A stretch of 64,000 nt of DNA from an uncultured Bacilli bacterium (GCA_934120265.1 CAKOTU010000001.1:5395-69394), one strand, 5' to 3'; shown: positions 49,070-58,808, counted from the stretch's first letter. Numbers and translations are program-made. Notes: generated by a model from the sequence alone, not told the origin.

Positions 49070-49099
49070 TTGGCAAATGCTTCTGGGGGGGGGGTATAA
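49070..49099 (+). promoter_or_regulatory. promoter of the pilin-like gene with a homopolymeric G tract in the spacer
   Basis: TTGGCA at 49070-75, an 18-nt spacer (AATGCTCT plus G10) and TATAAT at 49094-99. RBS AGGAGGAG and the ATG at 49133 follow. Confidence 0.6.
49084..49093. repeat. G10 homopolymer
   Basis: Counted directly: ten consecutive G at 49084-49093, in a window where G/C runs longer than 4 are otherwise essentially absent. Confidence 0.95.
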
Positions 49100-49132
49100 T
49101 TTATAAAGAAAGTAAGATTAGGAGGAGTTAAA

Positions 49133-50521
49133 ATGAAGAAGAAAAATGCTTTCACTTTAATAGAATTACTAGCGGTAATAGTAGTATTAGCAATAATAGC
49201 CTTAATAGCAACCCCAATAGTAATGAATACAATTAAGAATGCAAAGAAAGGAGCAGCTGAGAGAAGTGCGGATAGTTACATAAAACAAGTAGAAACAGTA
49301 GTAGCAACCGAAAGACTTGAAGGAAACATCTTAGAAGGTGAATATATAATTCAATCAGATGGGAATTTATGCCCACTATCAGGATGTGGAGAAAATGATA
49401 AAGACAAAATTATTGTTGAGATGGAAGGAAATAAACCAACAGGTGGAACAATAACAATAAATAATGGTCAAGTAACAACAGATTCAACAATGACAATAGG
49501 AGAATATGATGTAAGTTATGATGAAACAACAAATAAATATGTTGCCACAAAATTAGAAACATATTCTATAACATATAATCTAACAAATGTAAGTGGAGAT
49601 AATAGTAATGGATCAAGTATAACAACAAAAGATGTAAAGACATTAAAGTTTACATCAAATAAAGGATATCGTTTACCAGAAAGTGTAACAGTAACAGGAG
49701 CAACAAATGTATGGGATAAAACTACCGGAACATTAACATTATCCAAAGTAACTGGTGATGTAACTGTAACAATAGTAGGAGAAGAAATGCCTCCATATAA
49801 AAATGGAGAAGTAGTGTATTTTAATGTAACAACAGGAGAAAAATGCTTGTCATCAGATTATACAGAAACTCAAAGTAATACAGGAGTAAAAGAAGGCTGT
49901 ATGAAATTCTATGCATTTAATGATGATGGAAAAGATACAGTAAATTTAATACTAGATCATAATACAACTGCATTAGTTGCATGGAATTCAAGCAGAAGTA
50001 GTGTAAATGGTCCAAAAGAAGTATTAGACAAATTAAAAAGTGATACATCATCATGGCAAGGAACTATAACACCAGCAAATTATACGATGGATCAAACAGG
50101 AAAAACAAGTAAAGCAAAATATACAATAGATTATAGTAGTTATAAAGCAAGATTAATAACAGCTGATGAAGTTGCACAAATTACAGGGAATACTTCTTGG
50201 GATGAAAAAACTGCTAGTAATTATTATTACTTGGATAGTAAAACAACAACTGCAAGTACAACATGTAAAAGTGGAGATACTAGCGGATGTAAATATGGAT
50301 GGTTATATGATAGAACATATACAGGTTGTACAAAATATGGATGTTTAAATAATTCAGATCAAGTAACATCAGGCTATTGGACAGCATCTTCTGATGCTTT
50401 CATCTCTTACTACGCTTGGCACGTGCGTTACGGCGCTAACGTGAGTAGCAACGTCGTTTCCGATTCGAGCGAAGACGGTGTCCGCCCAGTTATAACTATC
50501 TCAAAATCACAACTAGGATAG
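49133..50521 (+). CDS. prepilin-type N-terminal cleavage/methylation domain protein with Thr/Ser-rich repeat-like middle region and DUF1566 (Lcl C-terminal, lectin-fold)-like C-terminus
   Basis: MKKKNAFTLIELLAVIVVLAIIALIATPIV is a class III signal. The C-terminal ...SGYWTASS....AW.V.Y.........DGVRPV follows the DUF1566 pattern YW[ST]S..(n)AW.V.F..G(n)VR.V. Confidence 0.75.
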   Translation: MKKKNAFTLIELLAVIVVLAIIALIATPIVMNTIKNAKKGAAERSADSYIKQVETVVATERLEGNILEGEYIIQSDGNLCPLSGCGENDKDKIIVEMEGNKPTGGTITINNGQVTTDSTMTIGEYDVSYDETTNKYVATKLETYSITYNLTNVSGDNSNGSSITTKDVKTLKFTSNKGYRLPESVTVTGATNVWDKTTGTLTLSKVTGDVTVTIVGEEMPPYKNGEVVYFNVTTGEKCLSSDYTETQSNTGVKEGCMKFYAFNDDGKDTVNLILDHNTTALVAWNSSRSSVNGPKEVLDKLKSDTSSWQGTITPANYTMDQTGKTSKAKYTIDYSSYKARLITADEVAQITGNTSWDEKTASNYYYLDSKTTTASTTCKSGDTSGCKYGWLYDRTYTGCTKYGCLNNSDQVTSGYWTASSDAFISYYAWHVRYGANVSSNVVSDSSEDGVRPVITISKSQLG

Positions 50522-50528
50522 ATTTTAT

Positions 50529-50558
50529 AAACATGAATTCTTTTATTCATGTTTTTTT
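50529..50558 (+). terminator. rho-independent terminator after the pilin-like gene
   Basis: AAACATGAAT / ATTCATGTTT 10-bp stem with a 6-nt loop, followed by a T-run. Confidence 0.8.
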
Positions 50559-50599
50559 GTGTATCAAATTATGATAAAATATAACAAGTGGTGATAAGT

Positions 50600-52462
50600 A
50601 TGTATTATAAAATAAGCAATGGTAGTGTAACACTTTCTGGTAATACTATTTTAGAAGATATTAATTTTAAAGTTAGTGATAATGAAAAAATAGGTATAGT
50701 TGGTCGTAATGGTAGTGGTAAGACAACATTACTTAAAGCTATAGTAGGTGAAATAGATTTAGAGAATGGTTATGATGATTTAAAGGTAGAAAGTGTTGGA
50801 GATTATAAAGTTGGATATGTTAAACAAAATATTGACAATAATTTGAATATTAAAATGATTGATTATATAGTTGATGCTTATTCTAATCTTATTGATATAG
50901 AAAAAAATATGAAGAAATTAGAAAATAAAATGATATCTGGATATGATGAAAATATTGTTAATAAATATAATGATTTGATATCAAAATATGAATATCTAGG
51001 TGGTTATACTTATAAAAAAGAATACGAGGTAGCACTAAAAAAATTTGGTTTTAGTGAAAGTGATAAAGATAAGTTACTAAGTGAATTTTCTGGAGGACAA
51101 TTAACTAAGTTATCACTAGTAAAATTATTACTTAGTAAACCTGATTTACTTATACTTGATGAACCAACAAATCACTTGGATATAAGCACTATCGAATGGT
51201 TAGAAGATTATTTAAAAAATTATAATAAAAGTATTATTATAGTTAGCCATGATCGTATGTTTTTGGATAACGTTTGTAACGTTATATATGATATAGAATA
51301 TGGTACTTTAAAAAGATATAATGGTAATTATACTTATTTTGTAAATAAGAAACACGAAGATTATTTAAAACAAGAACGTGATTACGAAACTCAACAAAAA
51401 GAAATAAAGAGGTTGCAAGCTATTGCAGATAGGTTTAGATATAAACCATCTAAAGCATCAATGGCAATGTCTAAACTAAAACAAATAGAAAGAATGGTTA
51501 AAATAGATAAACCACAAAAAGAAAACAGCAGGACTTTCAAAACTAATTTTAGCCCTAATCAAGAAAGTTATCGTGATGTTTTAAAAGTTAAAAATTTATC
51601 TATAGGTTATGATAAAGAATTAAGTAAATTAACTTTTAATGTAGAACGTAAAGATAAATTAGGTATTATAGGTGAAAATGGAATTGGTAAGAGTACATTA
51701 CTTAAAACAATTATGGGATTTATTAGTCCTTTAGGTGGTAAATATACATTTGGTGATAAAGTTAATATTGGGTATTTTTCTCAACAACTTGATAATATAG
51801 ATTCTAACAAAACAATTTATGAAGAAATAGATAACGCGTTTCCTAGTATGTCACCAACAGAAATAAGAAGTTTGTTAGGTGCTTTTGATTTTCACGGCGA
51901 TGAAGTATTTAAAAAGATTTCTAGTTTATCTGGGGGAGAAAAAGTAAGAGTTAGTTTATGTAAGATATTAAATAGCAGACCAAATGTTCTTATTTTAGAT
52001 GAACCAACAAATCACTTGGATATTATCAATAAAAATACGATAGAAAAGATGTTAAAAGAATATAATGGTACAATTATTATGGTAAGCCACGATAGATATT
52101 TGATAAAAAATGTATGTACGAAATTATTAGTATTTAATAAAGATGAAGTTATTTTATATAGTTATGGATATGATGAATATTTAGAAAAAAGAAAAGTAAT
52201 TAAAGAATCTGAAATAATAAAGAAAGAAAATAAAGTATCAAAAAAAGAAGTTAATATTAATTTAACAAAAGAAATAAATAAAATTGAAAAAGTGATAGAT
52301 AATAAAGAAAAGGAATTAGCTAAATTAAATAAAGAACTTTTAAAAGAAGAAGTATATATGGATATTAGTAAAGCTAAATCTATACAAGAAAAAATAGAAA
52401 AAATTACAAAAGAAATAGAAATTAAAACTAAGGAATGGGAAGATTTAGCAAATAAGCTGTAA
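50600..52462 (+). CDS. ABC-F family ATPase (two ABC domains with linker, no TM; translation-factor type)
   Basis: Two Walker A motifs (GRNGSGKTT, GENGIGKST), two signatures (FSGGQLTK, LSGGEKVR) and a Lys/Glu-rich C-terminal coiled-coil. I prefer the ATG at 50600. Confidence 0.9.
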   Translation: MYYKISNGSVTLSGNTILEDINFKVSDNEKIGIVGRNGSGKTTLLKAIVGEIDLENGYDDLKVESVGDYKVGYVKQNIDNNLNIKMIDYIVDAYSNLIDIEKNMKKLENKMISGYDENIVNKYNDLISKYEYLGGYTYKKEYEVALKKFGFSESDKDKLLSEFSGGQLTKLSLVKLLLSKPDLLILDEPTNHLDISTIEWLEDYLKNYNKSIIIVSHDRMFLDNVCNVIYDIEYGTLKRYNGNYTYFVNKKHEDYLKQERDYETQQKEIKRLQAIADRFRYKPSKASMAMSKLKQIERMVKIDKPQKENSRTFKTNFSPNQESYRDVLKVKNLSIGYDKELSKLTFNVERKDKLGIIGENGIGKSTLLKTIMGFISPLGGKYTFGDKVNIGYFSQQLDNIDSNKTIYEEIDNAFPSMSPTEIRSLLGAFDFHGDEVFKKISSLSGGEKVRVSLCKILNSRPNVLILDEPTNHLDIINKNTIEKMLKEYNGTIIMVSHDRYLIKNVCTKLLVFNKDEVILYSYGYDEYLEKRKVIKESEIIKKENKVSKKEVNINLTKEINKIEKVIDNKEKELAKLNKELLKEEVYMDISKAKSIQEKIEKITKEIEIKTKEWEDLANKL

Positions 52463-52486
52463 GTCAGTATAAACTGACTTTTTTTG
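52461..52486 (+). terminator. rho-independent terminator after the ABC-F gene
   Basis: AAGTCAGT / ACTGACTT stem with a 4-nt loop, followed by T7. Confidence 0.8.
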
Positions 52487-52602
52487 TGTATTTTTTTTGT
52501 AAAAAAAAGGAAATAAGGGAAAAATGTAGAATGTTATAAGTGAAGGGTTATAAAAATGTAATCCTTTTTTAATACAAAAAATTCAAAGAAAGGGATGAGA
52601 AA

Positions 52603-53529
52603 ATGAATAATGAAATTGTATTATTTGAAAATCAAAATGTAAAGTTGGAGGTGAATGTTAATGATGAGACAGTTTGGCTTACTCAAAATCAGATGGCACG
52701 GTTATTTGATAGAGATATTAAAACTATTAGTAAACATATTATAAATGTTTTTGAAGAAGAACTAGACAAGGAAAGCAATTCTCAAAAAATGAGAATTGCA
52801 AATTCTGATAAACCAGTTACTTATTATAATTTAGATGTAATAATAAGCGTAGGGTATAGAGTAAAAAGTAAAAACGGAATAGTATTTAGAAAATGGGCCA
52901 ATAAAGTATTAAAAGATTATTTGATAAAAGGATATGCTATAAATAATAAAAGACTAGAATATTTAGAAAAAACAATTAAATTAATAGATATAGCAGGAAG
53001 AATAGATGAAGAATTAAATGGCAATGAAGCAAAAGAAATAATAAGAGTTATAAATGATTATTCAAAAGGATTAGATTTATTAGATGATTATGATCATAAA
53101 AGAATAGTAAAACCTAGTGGTACTGTTAATGATAAAAAGATAAGTTATGAAGAATGTATAGAGATAATAAATAAATTAAAATTTAATAATGAAAGTAATT
53201 TATTTGCTAGAGAAAGAGATGAAGGGCTAAAAAGTATTATAGGAGCAATATATCAGTCATATGATAGCTTAGATTTATATAAAACAGTAGAAGAAAAAGC
53301 AGCTAATTTTTTATACTTGATAGTAAAGAATCATGTCTTTATAGATGGAAATAAAAGAATAGGAGCAACACTTTTTATATATTTTTTAAGATATTATAAT
53401 TTATTATATATTGAAGGAAAACAAGTAATAGATAATAATACACTAGTTGCCTTAACTCTTTTAATAGCCCAATCTAATCCTAAAGAAAAAGAAATATTAA
53501 TTGATTTAGTTATGAATTTTTTTAGTTGA
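52603..53529 (+). CDS. RhuM-like N-terminal domain fused to a Fic/Doc (death-on-curing) domain
   Basis: The N-terminal VWLTQNQMARLFDRDIKTISKHI...VISVGYRVKSKNGIVFRKWA matches the RhuM virulence-protein family. The C-terminal HVFIDGNKRIGA is the Fic/Doc motif H-x-F-x-[DN]-[GA]-N-K-R. Confidence 0.75.
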   Translation: MNNEIVLFENQNVKLEVNVNDETVWLTQNQMARLFDRDIKTISKHIINVFEEELDKESNSQKMRIANSDKPVTYYNLDVIISVGYRVKSKNGIVFRKWANKVLKDYLIKGYAINNKRLEYLEKTIKLIDIAGRIDEELNGNEAKEIIRVINDYSKGLDLLDDYDHKRIVKPSGTVNDKKISYEECIEIINKLKFNNESNLFARERDEGLKSIIGAIYQSYDSLDLYKTVEEKAANFLYLIVKNHVFIDGNKRIGATLFIYFLRYYNLLYIEGKQVIDNNTLVALTLLIAQSNPKEKEILIDLVMNFFS

Positions 53530-53621
53530 GTATAATAAAACTTTGATAATTTTTTCTTGTGGAAAACTCTTGAAAAATAAGCATAAATAGTATATACTAT
53601 TACTTGTATTGGAGGAAAGTT

Positions 53622-54869
53622 ATGGAAAATATAAAAGAGATAAATATTAAAGTAGAAGGAAAAGAATGGGAAGAAGCTTTAGATAAAGCATTTGTTAAGG
53701 CTAATGCTAAAGCTAAAATAGATGGATTTCGTCCAGGAAAAGCTCCAAAAGAAGTATTTTTAAAGAAATATGGTAAAGAAGCTTTATACATGGATGCTGC
53801 TGACATTGTTTTAGATGGTGCTTATCGTAAAGTATTTGAAGATAATAAAGATTTAAATATAGTAGCGCAACCAGAGATTGGACTTAAATCAATTGATGAA
53901 AAAGGTGTTGAATTTACATTTAAATTAACTTTAAAACCAGAAGTTAAATTAGGTAAATATAAAGGATTAAATGTTAAAAAAGATAGCGTTAAAGTAACTA
54001 AAGAAGAAGTAGAACACGAGATTGAACATTTACGTAGTCATTATGCTGAAAATGTTGTTAAAGAAGGAAAAGTTGAAAATGGTGATATTGCTATTATAGA
54101 CTTTGAAGGATTTAAAGATGGTAAAGCATTTGACGGTGGTAAAGGAGAAAATTACTCATTAACTATTGGTTCAAATACATTTATTCCAGGATTTGAAGAT
54201 CAAATTATTGGTATGGCTAAGGGAGAAGAAAAAGATATTAATGTTACTTTCCCAGAAGATTATCATAGTGAAGAATTAAAAGGTCAACCAGTTGTATTCA
54301 AAGTAAAAGTAAATGAAATTAAAGAAGTAAAAATTCCAGAATTAGATAAAGATTTCTTTGAAGATTTAGGAATGGAAGGAATTGATTCTAAAGAATCTTT
54401 AGAATCTCAAGTTAAAGAAAATATTAAAGCTCGTCGTGATGCAGATGCTGAAAATAAATATATTGATGAATTACTAGAAGCTGCTGCTAAGAATGTAGAA
54501 GTAGATATTCCAGATGTTATGATTAGTGAAGAACAAGATCGCATTTTAAGACAATATGAAGAAAACTTAAAAATGCAAGGATTAACATTAGAACAATTCT
54601 ATCAATTTACAAACAGTGATGAAGCTGCACTTAAAGAACAAATGAAAGATGAAGCTACTAAGAGAGTAACTTATAGATTAATGTTAGAAGCTATTGCTAA
54701 AGCTGAAAAAATTGAAATAACTGATGAAAAAGCTAACGAAGAAGCTGAAACATTAGCAAAACGTTACCAAATGCCAGTTGATGAATTCTTAAAAGCATTT
54801 GGTGGTATTGAAATGATTAAATACGATTTAGAAATGCGTGGAGCAATAGATGCATTAAAGGGTGAATAA
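53622..54869 (+). CDS. tig: trigger factor
   Basis: GFRPGKAPKEVFLKKYG ribosome-binding signature and a central FKBP-type PPIase domain (DFEGFKDGKAFDGG). GGAGGA RBS lies before the ATG at 53622. Confidence 0.95.
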   Translation: MENIKEINIKVEGKEWEEALDKAFVKANAKAKIDGFRPGKAPKEVFLKKYGKEALYMDAADIVLDGAYRKVFEDNKDLNIVAQPEIGLKSIDEKGVEFTFKLTLKPEVKLGKYKGLNVKKDSVKVTKEEVEHEIEHLRSHYAENVVKEGKVENGDIAIIDFEGFKDGKAFDGGKGENYSLTIGSNTFIPGFEDQIIGMAKGEEKDINVTFPEDYHSEELKGQPVVFKVKVNEIKEVKIPELDKDFFEDLGMEGIDSKESLESQVKENIKARRDADAENKYIDELLEAAAKNVEVDIPDVMISEEQDRILRQYEENLKMQGLTLEQFYQFTNSDEAALKEQMKDEATKRVTYRLMLEAIAKAEKIEITDEKANEEAETLAKRYQMPVDEFLKAFGGIEMIKYDLEMRGAIDALKGE

Positions 54870-54918
54870 TTCACTCTTTTTTCTTTGTTTTATGGTAAAA
54901 TAAAGTAGAGGTGGTAAG

Positions 54919-57090
54919 ATGGTTTGTGAAGTTTTGGTTGAGCTTAAAAGTAAAAATATAGATAAAACGTTTACATATCTAATACCTGATAAATTTAAAG
55001 ATAAAGTAAAAGAAGGAATTAGAGTATTAGTTCCTTTTGGAAAGCAAAAATTAGAAGGTTTTGTTTTAAATATATCTGATAATTTACCAGAATATAGCTT
55101 AAAAGAAATTATTGACTTAATCGATTTCGAACCTGTATTAAATAACGAGTTATTAGATTTAGGTAAATATATTAGTAAAAAGACTTTATGTAATTTAATT
55201 ACTGTTTATCAAGCTATGTTACCGGTAGCGTTAAAAGCTAAAAATGGAAAGATAATAAATAAAAAGTTTGATACTTATGTAGTTATTAATAATGATGATT
55301 TTAGCGATATTAAAAGTAATAAACAACTAGAAATTTTAGATATTGTTAAAGATAGAAAAAAAGTATTAAAAAAAGAATTAAATGATATATCTTTATATTC
55401 AGTTAAAACTTTAGTAGAAAAAGGTTATTTGAAAGAAATAAAAGAAGAAAGTTATCGTATTAAAAGAGATAGTATTAAAAAAGATGAACCTAAAGTTTTA
55501 AATGAAGAACAAAAACATGCATATGATGAAATTACTAATAACTTAGGTTCGTTTGTGCCATTTTTACTTCATGGTGTTACAGGAAGTGGTAAAACAGAAG
55601 TATATATGCATGTTATAGATAAAGTCATAAAAAGTGGTAAACAAGCTCTTGTTTTAGTTCCAGAAATAAGTTTAACTCCACAATTTGTTTCACAGTTTGA
55701 AAATAGATTTGGTAGTGATATAGCTGTTCTTCACAGTCGTTTGAGTGAAGGAGAAAAGTATGATGAGTGGCGTAAGATTATCAGGAATGAAGTAAGTATT
55801 GTAATCGGGGCTAGAAGCGCTATATTCGCACCTCTAAACAATATTGGTGTTATTATAATTGATGAAGAACATACTTCAACCTATAAACAAGATAATAATC
55901 CACATTATAGTGCGATTGATGTAGCGTTATATCGTGCTCGCAAATATAACTGTCCAGTTGTTTTAGGAAGTGCAACTCCATCTATAGAAAGCTATACACG
56001 TGCCAAAGCAGGGGTTTATAGGTTGCTAGAACTAAAAAATAGAGTAAATAAACATTTACCTACAGTAGAATTAGTTGATATGAAAGATGAAATGCGAAAA
56101 GGTAATCGTGTTTTATGTGAAGATTTAATTAACTCCTTAAATGAATGTATAAAAAAAGATGAGCAAGCTATCATCCTATTAAATAGAAGAGGATTCTCCA
56201 CCATATTAACATGTAAAAATTGTGGTTATACAGGAAAATGTCCTAACTGTGATATTCCTTTAACCTATCACAAAACATCCAATACGATGAGATGTCATTA
56301 CTGTGGTTATGGTAGTGGAAAGATAAATATATGTCCAGAATGTGGCAGTAAGGAAATTAATTACTTTGGAATGGGTACAGAAAAACTTGAACAATGGATA
56401 AATGACAATATCGGAGGTGCTAGAACAATAAGAATGGATATTGATACAACATCCAACAAAGGGGCACACGAAAAAATAATAACAGCTTTTAAAAATAAAG
56501 AATATAACATTTTAATAGGAACGCAAATGATTGCTAAAGGTCTTGACTTCCCATCTGTTACATTAGTCGGAGTAGTAAGTGGAGATGCTAGTCTAAATAT
56601 TCCTGACTTTAGAAGCGCGGAAAGAACATTTCAATTATTAAATCAAGTTGCGGGAAGAGCAGGGCGAAGTGAAAAGCTAGGTAAAGTTATTATTCAAGGA
56701 TTTAATATGAATCATTATAGTATCAGATATGCAAGTACGCATGATTATATAGCTTTTTATGAAGAGGAAATGAAAATAAGAAGAGATTTAAAATATCCAC
56801 CATATTATAATCTTTGTTTAATTAAAGTATGTGGTATTGATTATAATATGGTAAGTGATGCTTCTAATAAAATAGCTAGTTATTTAAAAAGAGAATTAGA
56901 GAATAAAGCAATTATTCTGGGACCTACTAGTGCTAATATTCCTAAAATAAATAATACATATTATTTAAATATCATTTTAAAATATAAAAAAACAGAATAT
57001 ATAATTGAAGCTTTAAATTTTATAAAAAATGAATATAAGGAAAATCGTAAAATAAATTTAGATATTTATTTAAATCCTAATCAAATATAG
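54919..57090 (+). CDS. priA: primosomal replication restart helicase PriA
   Basis: GVTGSGKTEVY, the DEEH box and a Cys-rich zinc-binding insertion (CKNCGY..CPNCD..CHYCGY..CPECGS). Confidence 0.95.
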   Translation: MVCEVLVELKSKNIDKTFTYLIPDKFKDKVKEGIRVLVPFGKQKLEGFVLNISDNLPEYSLKEIIDLIDFEPVLNNELLDLGKYISKKTLCNLITVYQAMLPVALKAKNGKIINKKFDTYVVINNDDFSDIKSNKQLEILDIVKDRKKVLKKELNDISLYSVKTLVEKGYLKEIKEESYRIKRDSIKKDEPKVLNEEQKHAYDEITNNLGSFVPFLLHGVTGSGKTEVYMHVIDKVIKSGKQALVLVPEISLTPQFVSQFENRFGSDIAVLHSRLSEGEKYDEWRKIIRNEVSIVIGARSAIFAPLNNIGVIIIDEEHTSTYKQDNNPHYSAIDVALYRARKYNCPVVLGSATPSIESYTRAKAGVYRLLELKNRVNKHLPTVELVDMKDEMRKGNRVLCEDLINSLNECIKKDEQAIILLNRRGFSTILTCKNCGYTGKCPNCDIPLTYHKTSNTMRCHYCGYGSGKINICPECGSKEINYFGMGTEKLEQWINDNIGGARTIRMDIDTTSNKGAHEKIITAFKNKEYNILIGTQMIAKGLDFPSVTLVGVVSGDASLNIPDFRSAERTFQLLNQVAGRAGRSEKLGKVIIQGFNMNHYSIRYASTHDYIAFYEEEMKIRRDLKYPPYYNLCLIKVCGIDYNMVSDASNKIASYLKRELENKAIILGPTSANIPKINNTYYLNIILKYKKTEYIIEALNFIKNEYKENRKINLDIYLNPNQI

Positions 57091-57136
57091 TAAAAATGTG
57101 ATAAAATAATATTAGTAATTATAGAAAGGATTGTTT

Positions 57137-58099
57137 ATGAATTTAGAAGATGTAAATGTAAAAAAAGATTTAAAAATTGTTTTTATGGGGACACCTGAAT
57201 TTAGTGTTCCTGTGTTAGAAGGTTTAATTGAAAATTATAAAGTTAGAGCTATTGTAACACAACCAGATAGACCTATTGGACGTCATGGCGAAATGAGTGC
57301 TAGTCCTGTAAAAAGAGTGGGAATTAAAAATACTATTTTAGTGTTACAGCCTGATAAAATAAAAGAACATATCGAAGAAATAACATCTTTAGAACCTGAT
57401 TTAATTGTTACTTGTGCTTATGGCCAAATTTTACCTAAAGAAATACTTGACTGTCCAAGATTGGGGTGTGTTAATGTTCATGCTTCACTTCTTCCTAAAC
57501 TAAGAGGAGGGGCACCAATTCATAGAGCTATTATGAATGGTTATAAAAAAACTGGTATAACTATTATGTATATGGGTATTGGTATGGATGATGGTGATAT
57601 TATAACTCAAGAAGCAATAGATATTGACATTAATGATACTGCGGAAACATTACATGATAAGTTAAGTATTTTAGGAAGAGATTTACTTTTAAAAACACTT
57701 CCTTCTATTATAGATGGAACTTGTGAAAGAACAAAACAAGATTCTAGTTTAGTTACTTATGGATTTAATATTAAAAGAGAAGATGAGAGAATCGACTTTT
57801 CTAAAACTAAACGTGAGATATACAATAAGGTTAGAGGATTAAATTCATGGCCTGGTGCTTATTGCTTATATGAAGGAAAAATACTAAAAGTTTGGAAATG
57901 CCGTGAAGGTGAAACTTATAGACCTGATTTATTTGATGGCCAAGTGACAGCAATTTATCCAGATGGTTTTGGAGTAAAAGTTAGTAATGGAGAAATAATA
58001 TTTACTACTGTTCAACCAGAAGGTAAGAAAAAAATGGCAGTAACTGATTTTCTAAATGGAATTAATAAAGATGAATTTATTGGCAAAGTATTAGATTAG
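57137..58099 (+). CDS. fmt: methionyl-tRNA formyltransferase
   Basis: VFMGTPEFSVPVL, NVHASLLPKLRGGAPI and the C-terminal OB-like domain. Confidence 0.95.
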   Translation: MNLEDVNVKKDLKIVFMGTPEFSVPVLEGLIENYKVRAIVTQPDRPIGRHGEMSASPVKRVGIKNTILVLQPDKIKEHIEEITSLEPDLIVTCAYGQILPKEILDCPRLGCVNVHASLLPKLRGGAPIHRAIMNGYKKTGITIMYMGIGMDDGDIITQEAIDIDINDTAETLHDKLSILGRDLLLKTLPSIIDGTCERTKQDSSLVTYGFNIKREDERIDFSKTKREIYNKVRGLNSWPGAYCLYEGKILKVWKCREGETYRPDLFDGQVTAIYPDGFGVKVSNGEIIFTTVQPEGKKKMAVTDFLNGINKDEFIGKVLD

Positions 58100-58107
58100 G
58101 TGATTGT

Positions 58108-58746
58108 ATGTTTAAAAAAACAAAAGAAAAAATAAATAATAATGAGTACGTTGCCATGTTTAAAAAACTATGGTCAAATAAACGTTATCGCTCATTATTA
58201 ATTTTATTACTTTATTTTATCTTTTTTGGAATAATTATAGGTTCTGTGAGATCTAATTATAAAAATATGGATAATATTTCTGAAGATGATAAAAAAGAAG
58301 AAGTAACCGTTGTTGAAAAAATGTCTTCTTGGGATAATTATAATAGTGATTATGAATATAACATAGCAGTAAATGATTTGGATGCAGCTACTTGCAGTGT
58401 CAAAGATGGAATTGTTAATCTAACTGTTAATAATAAAAATTATACTATTATTAATAATAATATTTATTTGAATAAAAATGATGATTTAAAAAAGGTAAAT
58501 AAAATAACTGAGTTAAAGATTTCTATTCCAATAACTAAATTAAATGTTAAAAACATAATGGATTATCTTCGTAATTTAGAAATTGATAGTTATCAAGAAA
58601 ACAAAATAAACTATTATGTTCCTGCGTCTTATTTTATTGATGATGTTGATGATAATATTTTAGTAGAAGTAATAGGAAATACTAAATTGGAAGAAATTAT
58701 TATCAATTATCAGGAAGAAAAGATTACGTTAAAAATTGGTGATTAA
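58108..58746 (+). CDS. hypothetical membrane-anchored protein
   Basis: A single N-terminal TM helix and an Asn-rich extracytoplasmic region. I recognise no family. Confidence 0.5.
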   Translation: MFKKTKEKINNNEYVAMFKKLWSNKRYRSLLILLLYFIFFGIIIGSVRSNYKNMDNISEDDKKEEVTVVEKMSSWDNYNSDYEYNIAVNDLDAATCSVKDGIVNLTVNNKNYTIINNNIYLNKNDDLKKVNKITELKISIPITKLNVKNIMDYLRNLEIDSYQENKINYYVPASYFIDDVDDNILVEVIGNTKLEEIIINYQEEKITLKIGD

Positions 58747-58808
58747 ATTTTAAAAGTATTAGATAAAAATTATATAAAAAGTAATAGAAAGTTAAAAAGA
58801 GGTTAATT

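Noticed and set aside
49133-52000. Search for a DGR reverse transcriptase, an Avd-like gene or a template repeat near the GC-rich patch.
   Set aside because: No ORF in the window has reverse-transcriptase motifs, and I could not spot a second copy of the 50408-50491 sequence by eye. The DGR idea is therefore reported only as a hypothesis needing a genome-wide search.
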